IMG/VR virus record: IMGVR_UViG_3300032243_001028
Span: 71,097 to 135,096 of that record
Reading direction: 5' to 3' (one strand)
DNA length: 64,000 nucleotides
Source: a virus
Lineage: Duplodnaviria > Caudoviricetes
Shown here: positions 47,504 through 56,454 of the stretch, in pieces
How positions within the stretch are numbered: position 1 is the first letter of the stretch
How the letters are laid out: each line of letters begins with the position of its first letter
Notes under the pieces: generated by a model
The model's input: only the letters and a program-made list of their open reading frames with translations
What the model was told of the DNA's origin: nothing
Database searches by the model: none
Made by a program: the position numbers and the translations under genes

Positions 47504-47845
47504 ATGAGTAAAAGTATTGAGCACAGAGTCTGGGAGATTATCTCTACAGATGAAGATCTCTTAGAAAAAGAATTTTCAACGGAGTCTTTAGAGGCACAGC
47601 GAGATGCTGTTAGATATGCTCTTGAATTATGGATGAAGTTTAATGATCTTCAATTGCATTTTCATCATACTTTTAATACAATTAAGTCTTCTGCAAATCA
47701 ATTGGATGATTTTAAAAAAGAATATTACAGTTTGATAGCTTCGCATCCTGAAAAGGAAGCTTTAGATCTTCTTTTTAAAAATGAAGAAATTGATAATTTA
47801 ATATGGAAAAAACTTGAACCTAAGTCAAGTTTTGATATAGAATAA
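47504..47845 (+). CDS. hypothetical protein
   Basis: 113 aa helical ORF with TGTTAGTAT promoter-like element upstream. Confidence 0.65.
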   Translation: MSKSIEHRVWEIISTDEDLLEKEFSTESLEAQRDAVRYALELWMKFNDLQLHFHHTFNTIKSSANQLDDFKKEYYSLIASHPEKEALDLLFKNEEIDNLIWKKLEPKSSFDIE

Positions 47846-47848
47846 AGA

Positions 47849-48068
47849 ACTACCCTGATATTAGGTAAAATCTAATAGGCAGTAGTGGAGGCTATTGATC
47901 TGGTTGCAAACGGATCTTTTGACCAAAGCTTGATCGCGCTGGATGGTTGGTGTATGAGGTTCCAGTGAGGCTGAATGGGGATGCCCATCTAATCTTCTTC
48001 GGGAGTGTGTCCTTCTATCGAAGATAGAAGTTCGGATGGTGGTTGGTTCGAGACCAGCGCAGTCTGCA
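47849..48068 (+). ncRNA. putative structured RNA with tRNA-like 3' domain
   Basis: Run of hairpins including CTTC-TTCG-GGAG, CTTCTATC-GAA-GATAGAAG and T-arm-like GTTGG-TTCGAGA-CCAGC; no ORF. Confidence 0.55.
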
Positions 48069-48098
48069 AAGTACTATTGAAGATCTTTGGAGGTCTAT

Positions 48099-48287
48099 AT
48101 GAGCATTGAAGCGTATGACTACGGTAAAAAAGATGGTATTGATGAAACCTGTAAAAAGATTCTAGATTGGATCGAAGAAAACAGGACCGGCATGGAACTA
48201 AGTGATGACTTTACTATGTACAGAGATCACTTCAGAAGTGAACATATAATCGAGTTTATTAACTCTTTAAGACCTACTGAGGAGTAG
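48099..48287 (+). CDS. hypothetical protein
   Basis: GGAGG RBS before ATG at 48099. Confidence 0.6.
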   Translation: MSIEAYDYGKKDGIDETCKKILDWIEENRTGMELSDDFTMYRDHFRSEHIIEFINSLRPTEE

Positions 48288-49503
48288 CTTTATCCTCGGT
48301 GATAGGACCACCAACAACCCATGCGTTGCAAGTTCTACTAGCTGCACACTTAAAGTCAAATGCCTCGCAGTAGCCTAGCTCTGCTTGATCAATAGCATCC
48401 CATGCGTTTTGGGATCCTGAATCTCCAGCAGCAATTCCACCTTCAATACAATCCAACATTTTTGGTGTGCGAATAAACATTACGCAAGTTCCGCAACGGC
48501 TTTTTTTGGCTTCATCGACTGTAACTGACCAGCGATCTGCCTTTTCTTTCCAGAACTGATCATTTGGTTCTTTAGGATTTAATGGACCGTAAGCTGCGGT
48601 TTCAATAGCTTTTTCTCGGTTAGCAAGATTTACTGCAATATCTTGTGTAGCTGGGGGGCAGGAATCATCATTCAAAGCTGCAACTAGAGATGCAAGTAGA
48701 GGTTGAATAGTAGAAGCTTCGTGGCTTCTTGGATGCATCTTTGGGAGAAGATCGTTGTCCTGAACATACTTAGGGTTGTTAGGTTTACCTGATCTAACTA
48801 GCTTTAGGAAAGCATTTACGCGAGCCATAGCCCATGAGTTACGATTCTGATCTGGTCTGTGAGAAGATGAAAAAGCTCCGGCTCCTCGTCTGTAAACTGC
48901 TTTTAGCTTGGTAAGAGTTACCTTTCGACCATTAGGAGCTTTAGCATTGTGCTCGGTTACTTTCTTTTCAAGAGCTTCAGTGATCTCTTTGGTAAAAGTT
49001 ACGCCCTTACCTGTATCGGCAGATCCTTCAGAATTCTTATCTGATCCTTTGATCTGATCTTTTTTGGGTGCTGGTTTAGATCCAGCAGTAGCAGTTACAG
49101 ACGCTTCATCGTCTGGGACACAGTTAGGAACCATTTTTCCATTCTTTTCTTTCATGCCAACTTGCTTATAGCCATCCCAGCAAGGGCCATCATTAGATAA
49201 CTCCAAATGCTCTTCCGGAATTGGAACTCCAGTAGGTTTGACTATGCCATCTGGAATAACTGCAAAGCGGCATAAACCGCCTTCTTCAGTTTCATGGGAA
49301 ATGATTTCGCAGCCGTTTGGAGCTTGCCAGAAGACGCAGTTTCCGCACTTTACGCCAATAGCAGCTAGCTCTGCGTTCTTCTCAGCAGAGTCATAGCCGG
49401 CCCAAACTCCGGTGTCATCAGCATTGAACTTGCCATGCTTTTTGACAATGACGCGCAAAGCGTTAGCTAGATCACGTTCTTCGGGTACGAGGTTTTCTTC
49501 CAT
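48274..49503 (-). CDS. multi-module Cys-rich protein (two HiPIP-like 4-Cys domains, PCWDGY...VPNCVP module, basic helical domain)
   Basis: CGNCVFW...C...LC and CGTCVMF...GYC...C...TCNAW; VYRRGAGAF...WAMARVNAFL. Confidence 0.7.
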   Translation of the reverse strand: MEENLVPEERDLANALRVIVKKHGKFNADDTGVWAGYDSAEKNAELAAIGVKCGNCVFWQAPNGCEIISHETEEGGLCRFAVIPDGIVKPTGVPIPEEHLELSNDGPCWDGYKQVGMKEKNGKMVPNCVPDDEASVTATAGSKPAPKKDQIKGSDKNSEGSADTGKGVTFTKEITEALEKKVTEHNAKAPNGRKVTLTKLKAVYRRGAGAFSSSHRPDQNRNSWAMARVNAFLKLVRSGKPNNPKYVQDNDLLPKMHPRSHEASTIQPLLASLVAALNDDSCPPATQDIAVNLANREKAIETAAYGPLNPKEPNDQFWKEKADRWSVTVDEAKKSRCGTCVMFIRTPKMLDCIEGGIAAGDSGSQNAWDAIDQAELGYCEAFDFKCAASRTCNAWVVGGPITEDKATPQ

Positions 49504-49708
49504 AGATATAGTGTAAACCCTCTAGATATAGGCGATTTAGCTGTATAAACTTAAGTTTAAGTTTACATGGGGAGGTTTAAAAAGCCTCTGTACAAAAGTG
49601 ATACCTTATATTATATAACTTTTATATTATAGATATTCGTACATCTGTTCGAAGTTTCATGGGAAGTTAATTTTAGAGCCTGTTGTATACTAGACCTGGA
49701 GGTAAAAA

Positions 49709-50056
49709 ATGGTCGACGTCCTTAAGTCAGTGAAGATCGGAGTACAAGTCTTCGAGATTATTGAGCGTACTCAAAAGGAAGACGGGATGTTAAATGAGGG
49801 TAGCTATGGCTACACTATAGATACGCAGAACGTTATAGTGATAGATTCTAATCTGCATGTGTCAAAAAAGAAAGTAACTATTATGCATGAAGTCCTTCAT
49901 GCTGCTAGAATGGTTTTTGATAACTCTGTCAAACCTAAGAAGTCAGATGACTTTGAAGTTTGGGAGCATTACTTTATTGGTGTTTGGGAGAACTCATTGA
50001 TCATGGTTATGAGAGACAATCCAGAGCTAATGCAGTGGCTTGTATCGGATTCCTAA
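49709..50056 (+). CDS. HExxH zinc metallopeptidase-like protein
   Basis: TIMHEVLHA motif; GGAGG RBS. Confidence 0.7.
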   Translation: MVDVLKSVKIGVQVFEIIERTQKEDGMLNEGSYGYTIDTQNVIVIDSNLHVSKKKVTIMHEVLHAARMVFDNSVKPKKSDDFEVWEHYFIGVWENSLIMVMRDNPELMQWLVSDS

Positions 50057-50094
50057 TAGAAAAGTTTCGACGTCCAGAAGAAAAGAAGACATAT

Positions 50095-50214
50095 ATGACA
50101 AATGAAGAATATGAAAAGATTATAAAAAAGATTCGATTTGATCGTCAAATGAAGAAGAAAAGACTGTATGAGCAGGCTAAAAGAGCAAATAAGAAGGTAA
50201 AAAATGGCAAGTGA
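50095..50214 (+). CDS. small basic hypothetical protein
   Basis: MTNEEYEKIIKK...; stop overlaps next start. Confidence 0.45.
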   Translation: MTNEEYEKIIKKIRFDRQMKKKRLYEQAKRANKKVKNGK

Positions 50215-51133
50215 ATGGCCACCGTTTAGTTACAACCAGCAAATGTTTGGTGGAACCGAGTATATGGCTAAGGGGGTTACAGAGAATATTCTGCCTCAAG
50301 TGCCAAAGTTTTATAACTATTTGTGCTTGGTCCTCCCGGGCAATCTTCCTAGCACTGATCCTGATTACTATTTGAATAAAGAGATTGTTGTTTGGATACA
50401 CTGCACTACTAATCAAATGGTGAAGTGGTTGATTGATACTTTGAATAGTCCTGAGGTAGCTAAGAATATTAAATTCATTGTTGGTGTATCTGAGTATCAC
50501 AAGCAAACGCTAATTCGTGACTTTACAAACGTATCCCCTGAAAAGTTTGTTGCTATCCCTAATGCTTTTGAGCCTGTGGACTTTGATCCGCAGAAGTTCG
50601 TCGACGTCCAGAAGGTAAAACTAATCCACGCATCGTCGAGCTATAGAGGTATGGAAGTACTTCTGGAATCTTTAAAGGATGTTGAGGAAGACTTTGAACT
50701 GAATGTTTTTAATGATTTCTATCCTGATACTACGGGGCATCCGTTTGCTGATTTAGCTAATGATCCAAGAGTAGTCTTCTGGGGCAGGACCCCTAGAAAG
50801 ATTGTTTCTAAGTTTATGAGTGAGGCTCATATCCACGCCTATCCTTCTGTTTGGGAAGAAACGTTCTGTTTGGTGCAAGCTGAGGCTATGTCAGCTGGCC
50901 TTTTGTGCGTTCATTCGGACTTCGGTGCATTACCGGAGACGTCTTTAGGGTATGGAGATATGATTCCGTACATCGAGTTAAGCGACTTTTACTACGCTGA
51001 GTTCTTGACAAATGCGATTAGAAAGATTAAGAATGGCGAGCATGATCCAATGGAGCAGAGTAAAGCTATTCGTGAGAAGTTCTCCTGGGATCAGGCTTTG
51101 CAGCATTGGAAAGCTTTAGAAGAAAAACTATAA
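50204..51133 (+). CDS. GT-B (GT4-like) glycosyltransferase
   Basis: GGTE, VSEYH, IPNA, YPSVWEETFCLVQAEAMSAG. Confidence 0.88.
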   Translation: MASEWPPFSYNQQMFGGTEYMAKGVTENILPQVPKFYNYLCLVLPGNLPSTDPDYYLNKEIVVWIHCTTNQMVKWLIDTLNSPEVAKNIKFIVGVSEYHKQTLIRDFTNVSPEKFVAIPNAFEPVDFDPQKFVDVQKVKLIHASSSYRGMEVLLESLKDVEEDFELNVFNDFYPDTTGHPFADLANDPRVVFWGRTPRKIVSKFMSEAHIHAYPSVWEETFCLVQAEAMSAGLLCVHSDFGALPETSLGYGDMIPYIELSDFYYAEFLTNAIRKIKNGEHDPMEQSKAIREKFSWDQALQHWKALEEKL

Positions 51134-51961
51134 ATGAAGAGTAAAACGTATGTAGTTGCCTGGGATGAAGTTATGGAAAACTGCCTGGACATTGATCAGC
51201 AGTTAAAAAGTGCTGGGCTAGAATACGTTATCTTCGACGTCAGTAATGTTCCTGTAGAACGTGAAGGATGGGTAGTAGCCGAGAAGGTTAGATACTTTGG
51301 GCATTTTTACAATGGACTAAAGGACTTCGTTGAATCTGATGCAGATATCTTTATCTTTAATGCTGGGGATGTTTATGGGAGTTGTCAAGCAGAGTTGACT
51401 AAAAGTGTTGAGAAAGCTATGGCTGCTGATCCAGATATTTGGATTATGGGCCCGAACATAACTAATGAAAAAGGGCATGGAAAAGATCCTATTGCATACA
51501 CTTCTTTTTCTAAGTCTAATAAATATCCTAACTATGTACTAACCGTTCATATATGCGGAATCTGGGTGGCATTGAGCCGTGAGCTTGCTACTGAAATCTA
51601 TAACTACTACGAGTGGGCTATCCCCCTAAACAAGATGAACTTTGAGAAGATGATTTCTGGTCATGGATTAGATTCTATATATGCTGCTTGGACTCTATAC
51701 AATAATAAAAAAATCTATAGAGATGTAAGTTTTGAAGTAACTACTGGACTTGTCCCGAGTTATGATACTTCTGGAGCTATATTTGATTATATTCAAGTAG
51801 GCGAGGGCTTTGCTGAGTTTATAGGATTAAAATCTGGAAATAGTTCAAAATTAAAAAATATTTATAACTTCATTCAAAGAAGAATAAATACAAAAACTGA
51901 TACCTATTCTTTAAGTGCAGGATATTTAAATTTAGATAACATAGAGGAGTTTAATTACTAA
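51134..51961 (+). CDS. putative GT-A-like glycosyltransferase
   Basis: Between GT4 and cytidylyltransferase; FIFNAGD, GHGLDSI pattern. Confidence 0.5.
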   Translation: MKSKTYVVAWDEVMENCLDIDQQLKSAGLEYVIFDVSNVPVEREGWVVAEKVRYFGHFYNGLKDFVESDADIFIFNAGDVYGSCQAELTKSVEKAMAADPDIWIMGPNITNEKGHGKDPIAYTSFSKSNKYPNYVLTVHICGIWVALSRELATEIYNYYEWAIPLNKMNFEKMISGHGLDSIYAAWTLYNNKKIYRDVSFEVTTGLVPSYDTSGAIFDYIQVGEGFAEFIGLKSGNSSKLKNIYNFIQRRINTKTDTYSLSAGYLNLDNIEEFNY

Positions 51962-52392
51962 TGCCAAATGTGTACACGGGCGGGACGTTCGATCTTTTCC
52001 ATAGCGGGCACGTTAGGTTGCTTAAGCGTCTTAAACAAATAGCTGGTAATGGAAAAGTTATTGTAGCTATTAATACTGATGACTTTATTGAAAAGTTTAA
52101 AGGTAAGAAACCTATTATGTCTGAGCAGGAACGTTATGATCTGATCAGTGCTTGCAAATACGTAGACGAAGTTCGAATCAATAAAAGTGGAGAAGATTCT
52201 AAACCTACTATTATTGCCTACCCTAAACCAGATATTGTTGCCATTGGATCTGACTGGGCTGCTAAAGACTATTACAAACAGATGGACTTCACCGAAGAGT
52301 GGTTGGATCAAAATGATATTGTGTTGATTTATGTTCCATATACCGAGGGAATCAGTACAACAGATCTTAAGAAAAGAATTAAAGATGGATGA
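51961..52392 (+). CDS. TagD/RfaE-like cytidylyltransferase
   Basis: GTFDLFHSGH, CKYVDEV, GSDW, YTEGISTT. Confidence 0.9.
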   Translation: MPNVYTGGTFDLFHSGHVRLLKRLKQIAGNGKVIVAINTDDFIEKFKGKKPIMSEQERYDLISACKYVDEVRINKSGEDSKPTIIAYPKPDIVAIGSDWAAKDYYKQMDFTEEWLDQNDIVLIYVPYTEGISTTDLKKRIKDG

Positions 52393-52585
52393 TGAAGAAG
52401 CTAGAATCATCTGGATGGCCGGAGAAGAAGTTGGTCGACGTGAGGAACGTACTCGGATCATTGAGGCACTTGACAAACTTGCTTGTAATAATGCATACTG
52501 TAGGGAAGCAAAACTAATGCGGACTCATGCAGGTTGCAGGGCTGTTCGTGAAAATATTGAATTGATTGAGAAAGATGCCTTATAA
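52385..52585 (+). CDS. hypothetical protein
   Basis: GRREERTRII motif common in freshwater phage small ORFs. Confidence 0.55.
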   Translation: MDDEEARIIWMAGEEVGRREERTRIIEALDKLACNNAYCREAKLMRTHAGCRAVRENIELIEKDAL

Positions 52586-52970
52586 AGATAAAGATAAACA
52601 ACGTAAGTATCAGGTTGAGTGGCTTAAAGCTAACCGCAATGCATTCATAGTTTCTCGTGGCGGATGCTGTGAGAGGTGTGGATCAGTTGATTCTTTAGAA
52701 GTTGATCATATAGACAGAAGTCTAAAGACTATGAACCCGACTAGCATATGGTCACGTACACCTGAAATACAGGAAAAAGAGTTGGCTAATTGCCAAGTAT
52801 TGTGTTATGGTTGTCACAAGAAAAAAACTAGTGATGAACGACGTATAGATAATGCTCATGGGATTTATGCAAAATATAAAGAGGGCTGTAGATGTACAGA
52901 CTGTCGTGCTGCCAATGCTGAACGTTCAAGAATCGCTAGAGCTAGACGTAAAGGATCTACAAATGAATGA
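52575..52970 (+). CDS. HNH endonuclease
   Basis: CERCG...LEVDHID...NCQVLCYGCHKKK; HG...Y..GCRCTDC tail. Confidence 0.88.
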   Translation: MPYKDKDKQRKYQVEWLKANRNAFIVSRGGCCERCGSVDSLEVDHIDRSLKTMNPTSIWSRTPEIQEKELANCQVLCYGCHKKKTSDERRIDNAHGIYAKYKEGCRCTDCRAANAERSRIARARRKGSTNE

Positions 52971-53142
52971 AGAAAACGCTAGAGCAATGGCGGTTGGCTG
53001 GGAAGCTGGTGAAGCTGCAGAGCAAGAGCGTATTATTAACTTGCTAAAGGATCGTCACAAGGCTTACACTGCTAAGCATTACATTGATGGCATCATGGAA
53101 ATGGAAGAGCTTATTGCTCTTATCAAAGGAGAAGACGAATGA
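52963..53142 (+). CDS. hypothetical protein
   Basis: EQERIINLL...LIALIKGE motif. Confidence 0.55.
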   Translation: MNEENARAMAVGWEAGEAAEQERIINLLKDRHKAYTAKHYIDGIMEMEELIALIKGEDE

Positions 53143-53203
53143 GTTTTGTATATGGTCTTCTAATCGTGCTGGTTGTGTTTGGGGTTGCGAGTGTGTTTGA
53201 TAA

Positions 53204-53410
53204 ATGAGCAAAGACGATCGTTTAGATGTAACTAAAAAAGATATTGTTGCTGTCATAGCTATTATGGTTTTAATGCTTGGCTCTTTGGTTTATGGGTACT
53301 TTTTGCTAAAGCATGAGCCTAAGCAACCACCTATGACCTGTTGGGATAAGTATAAGAATTCTTCGGAGCAGATTGCTATTCAAGCTTGCGAGGTACATAC
53401 CGGTGAGTAG
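53204..53410 (+). CDS. small membrane protein
   Basis: TM helix then CWDKY...AIQACE. Confidence 0.6.
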   Translation: MSKDDRLDVTKKDIVAVIAIMVLMLGSLVYGYFLLKHEPKQPPMTCWDKYKNSSEQIAIQACEVHTGE

Positions 53411-53558
53411 TGAAGCAAAGATGATGATTGCTACTGGATTAGTGTTGGCTAGTCTTGCTACTTTGATATATACTTTTCAGCATTACACCTGTAAAACTGT
53501 TGAATATCAAAATTTGAGTGGATCTCACTCGGAAAGCGTGTGCACATGGAAAAAATAA
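53403..53558 (+). CDS. small membrane/secreted protein
   Basis: GTG start overlapping previous stop; TM helix, two Cys. Confidence 0.45.
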   Translation: MSSEAKMMIATGLVLASLATLIYTFQHYTCKTVEYQNLSGSHSESVCTWKK

Positions 53559-53749
53559 ATAAAGATGCTTTGATTGCTTTTCTATTCTGGTTTGGGTATC
53601 ACGAGACAGTCGCAAGCATTATTTCCTACGGAACCGGTTTTAACTGGTGGATCCTTCAAGTTTTTGTTATACTTATATCTCTACTGATGTTTGGTTTGAC
53701 ATATGGTAGCCAAACGAAGATGGATACGAAGTGGTATGAAAATGATTAA
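53546..53749 (+). CDS. small membrane protein
   Basis: Two hydrophobic segments. Confidence 0.5.
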   Translation: MEKINKDALIAFLFWFGYHETVASIISYGTGFNWWILQVFVILISLLMFGLTYGSQTKMDTKWYEND

Positions 53750-54068
53750 GGATATTAAAACTGATGAATATGATCAAGAAGTGGTTGATGGTGGCGGGTT
53801 GGTACTTGTCGATTTCTGGGCTACTTGGTGTGGCCCTTGTAGGATGGTTGCTCCTATCCTTGATCAGCTTGCTGAAGAGTATTCTGAACAGCTAAAGATT
53901 GTAAAGGTAAATGCAGATGAAGAGCCTGAGTTATTGGATCGCTATGGTATTAGCTCTATTCCTACTATATTGGTATACAACAATGGGGAAATAGTTAAGA
54001 CTATTATTGGTGCTAGGCCTAAACCTGGCATTCTAAAAGATTTGGCAGAATATCTGGGTACGGAATAA
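53742..54068 (+). CDS. trxA: thioredoxin
   Basis: VDFWATWCGPCRM, SIPT. Confidence 0.95.
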   Translation: MIKDIKTDEYDQEVVDGGGLVLVDFWATWCGPCRMVAPILDQLAEEYSEQLKIVKVNADEEPELLDRYGISSIPTILVYNNGEIVKTIIGARPKPGILKDLAEYLGTE

Positions 54069-54102
54069 TATATTAAATCGACCATAGTGCCTGTCAAACC
54101 AA

Positions 54103-54137
54103 AGCCCCTCGGGAGTTATGACCCGGGGGGTTTCTTA
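54103..54137 (+). terminator. intrinsic terminator
   Basis: CCCCTCGGG...CCCGGGGGG followed by TTTCTT. Confidence 0.75.
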
Positions 54138-54169
54138 TTGAGTAAGTAAAGTCTTGATAGAATTACTGT

Positions 54170-54673
54170 ATGACTACCTCAATTGATACAGACAAACTAC
54201 TAATGTGGGCCCATGATGGTCGGGTCGTTACCGCCGACGTCCGTAAGGAGGGTGATGGATACTCATGTGAGTGGTGGGTATCAGGTAATTTTGGGGGGAG
54301 TTTACAGGTTATGGCAGTTATGAACTTTCCGATCTATGGAAATAATGAAGGTGAAGCTCGTCAACGTGCAGGATTCTTACTGGAGGACGTTCTGTATATC
54401 GCCAAAACTTTCTATGGAGGAGATGGCGTAGTAGGTAATATCGTTCCGGACGCTAAAAAGAGGGTTGCTTTGGCAATGATGCACCTTGCTGGTCATTGGA
54501 AGAATATGAGTGTTGGGTTATCAACTATCGAACGTACAGCAGAAGAGTATAAGTTTTTGAAACAATTTGGTATTTCAAATGTAGCTCAGATCATTGCAAA
54601 TCTTGAGGGGATTAGTTCCGTTAGAACTATTCACGAACGAATCTTTTTGGCTAAACAAAAAAAGTTAATTTAG
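54170..54673 (+). CDS. hypothetical protein with C-terminal HTH-like segment
   Basis: VAQIIANLEGISSVRTIHERIFLAK. Confidence 0.6.
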   Translation: MTTSIDTDKLLMWAHDGRVVTADVRKEGDGYSCEWWVSGNFGGSLQVMAVMNFPIYGNNEGEARQRAGFLLEDVLYIAKTFYGGDGVVGNIVPDAKKRVALAMMHLAGHWKNMSVGLSTIERTAEEYKFLKQFGISNVAQIIANLEGISSVRTIHERIFLAKQKKLI

Positions 54674-54709
54674 CTTGACAAATGTTGTAGACGTCAGTAT
54701 GGTTTGAGT

Positions 54710-55189
54710 ATGCAAACATTTCTACCATATAAGGACTTTGATCAGTCCGCACAAGTGCTAGACAATAAGCGATTGAACAAGCAGATTCTAGAGGGTTATC
54801 AAATCCTCAATGTTCTATCGAGTGACGACCCTAAAGCCGGATGGCGTAATCACCCTGCAGTAAAAATGTGGCGTGGGCACGAAAAATCATTGCTGGCTTA
54901 TATTATGTGTTGCGTTAAAGAAGCTGACAAACGCGGCATAAAAACTATAAATAACGTAATTAATATCAAGAATTTGTTCTTAGCAAATTATGATAATTGG
55001 GGTAATGGGCTGCCTAACTGGTTCCATGACTCTGATAAAAGCAGTCGAGTTATGGCTACACACAAGGCAAATCTTTATAAAAAAGATCCTGTGTATTACT
55101 TTCAGTTCTCCAGTTCTATGAGTGATCCAGATAATAAACCGTGTTGTGAAGGTTGTAATTATTATTGGGTGACTCATGCCGAGAAATAG
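54710..55189 (+). CDS. pyrimidine-dimer DNA glycosylase / endonuclease V-like (MSMEG_6728 family)
   Basis: MQTFLPY, LDNKRLNKQILE, HPAVKMWRG, HKANL..KDP.YY; TTGACA promoter upstream. Confidence 0.85.
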   Translation: MQTFLPYKDFDQSAQVLDNKRLNKQILEGYQILNVLSSDDPKAGWRNHPAVKMWRGHEKSLLAYIMCCVKEADKRGIKTINNVINIKNLFLANYDNWGNGLPNWFHDSDKSSRVMATHKANLYKKDPVYYFQFSSSMSDPDNKPCCEGCNYYWVTHAEK

Positions 55190-55385
55190 TAGGGATCAAC
55201 CGTTTAGCTATAGAGCTACTGTAAAAGCAAGATCTAAACTTCCTAAAAGAAGTCAGTTCCCACTAACTTTATTTATGTTAACTTTGTTAGTTTTATTCAT
55301 TTGGGTGCTACATACAATATTTAAATGCTTTTGGATTCTTCTGTGGCCAATAAGAAAATTAATTAATAAATTGAAAAAGAAGTAA
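55176..55385 (+). CDS. small basic membrane protein
   Basis: Hydrophobic core flanked by Lys/Arg. Confidence 0.5.
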   Translation: MPRNSRDQPFSYRATVKARSKLPKRSQFPLTLFMLTLLVLFIWVLHTIFKCFWILLWPIRKLINKLKKK

Positions 55386-55424
55386 AAGAAAACCCCCATC
55401 CTCGTCAGGTGGGGGCTTCTTTCT
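55385..55424. terminator. bidirectional intrinsic terminator
   Basis: AAAGAAAACCCCCA...TGGGGGCTTCTTTCT between convergent blocks. Confidence 0.75.
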
Positions 55425-55478
55425 ACCGGTCAGGTTTATTACGTGTTTTAATTACACCTTTATCTCCGGGCTAGCTTA

Positions 55479-56012
55479 TTACGCCTTCTTGGTAGGAACT
55501 ACCTTCTTGACGGCGGATACAACTTTTGCTGCAACAGTCTTTTTAGGAGCTGCTGTGAAAAGCTTTAGTGGATCAACTAGACGCTCGAATGGAAGCAAGT
55601 GTGCTTCAACTCCTGCAAAGTTCTTTCCCATTGTGGCAACAGTCATGTGGAGGTGGGCCCCGGTGCTTGCGGATCCGCTTGGTGTGTTCTTACCGCCACC
55701 AACTAGACCTACAACAGTCTGCCCACCAACAACTTTGTCACCCTTCTTTAGGGTAGGTGCTACTGCGAGGTGTGCGTATAGAACCCAGTGCTTGCCATCT
55801 GCTGATGAGTGTACAAGAATGTGTCCAAGAACATCAGTCCATTCAACAAGACCAACTGTGCCATCGCAGATAGCCTTGATTGGGCTCTTCTCCTTTGGGT
55901 GCCAGTCCTGTCCACGGTGTGGACGTCCATTACGATATGGTGCTAAGTTTCCAAGCTCGTCTCCGCGAAGCTTTGGATCAAATGGTTCGAAGTATGTCAC
56001 TTCAACTGCCAT
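55479..56012 (-). CDS. M23 peptidase (endolysin)
   Basis: HRGQD (HxxxD), YAHL, STGAHLH (HxH); AAGGAG RBS. Confidence 0.9.
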   Translation of the reverse strand: MAVEVTYFEPFDPKLRGDELGNLAPYRNGRPHRGQDWHPKEKSPIKAICDGTVGLVEWTDVLGHILVHSSADGKHWVLYAHLAVAPTLKKGDKVVGGQTVVGLVGGGKNTPSGSASTGAHLHMTVATMGKNFAGVEAHLLPFERLVDPLKLFTAAPKKTVAAKVVSAVKKVVPTKKA

Positions 56013-56053
56013 AATTTTGTCTCCTTAATAGTGATTTGGTGTTACAGTTAATT

Positions 56054-56254
56054 TTACAACGCTTTATTTAAGGCTAGTTGAGCTTTAGCGTAGTTCTTTC
56101 GGTAGGTGTGGATAAACCCTTTTTGAAAGTTGCGGCAGACATCCATATTGTAGATACGTGGTCTGCCTTTGATGTACTCTCTCCAAGCTTCTAATGCAAG
56201 TAGAGAGACATCTTTGTGCTTTATAGAGTAGTAGTGCTTTAAATAAGCAAACAT
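56054..56254 (-). CDS. hypothetical protein
   Basis: Start overlaps the stop of the upstream gene. Confidence 0.5.
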   Translation of the reverse strand: MFAYLKHYYSIKHKDVSLLALEAWREYIKGRPRIYNMDVCRNFQKGFIHTYRKNYAKAQLALNKAL

Positions 56255-56454
56255 TACTCGTCATCCTCGTCTTTTTCACGTCTAATAGGGAATGTAAGTA
56301 CCCAGATTAGAAGTGTTACTCCAATTAGTTTTCCTACGATATCTCTGGCAGATCCTTCTAGAAGTACCCAACCTAAAGCTAGACCTAGTAAGGTCCAAGC
56401 TTGGTCAAGTAGGTCTTTTAGTAGGTCTGATAGGAACTTTCCTAGTTTTTTCAT
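56254..56454 (-). CDS. two-TM membrane protein (holin-like)
   Basis: Two TM helices with acidic tail, near lysin. Confidence 0.6.
   Translation of the reverse strand: MKKLGKFLSDLLKDLLDQAWTLLGLALGWVLLEGSARDIVGKLIGVTLLIWVLTFPIRREKDEDDE

Noticed and set aside
47968-48066. tRNA-Sec
   Set aside because: No UCA anticodon loop, so kept only as a tRNA-like element
55489-56028. Plus-strand 179-aa ORF
   Set aside because: Antisense to the M23 lysin, which has clear catalytic motifs; the same applies to the antisense ORFs within tail and replication genes
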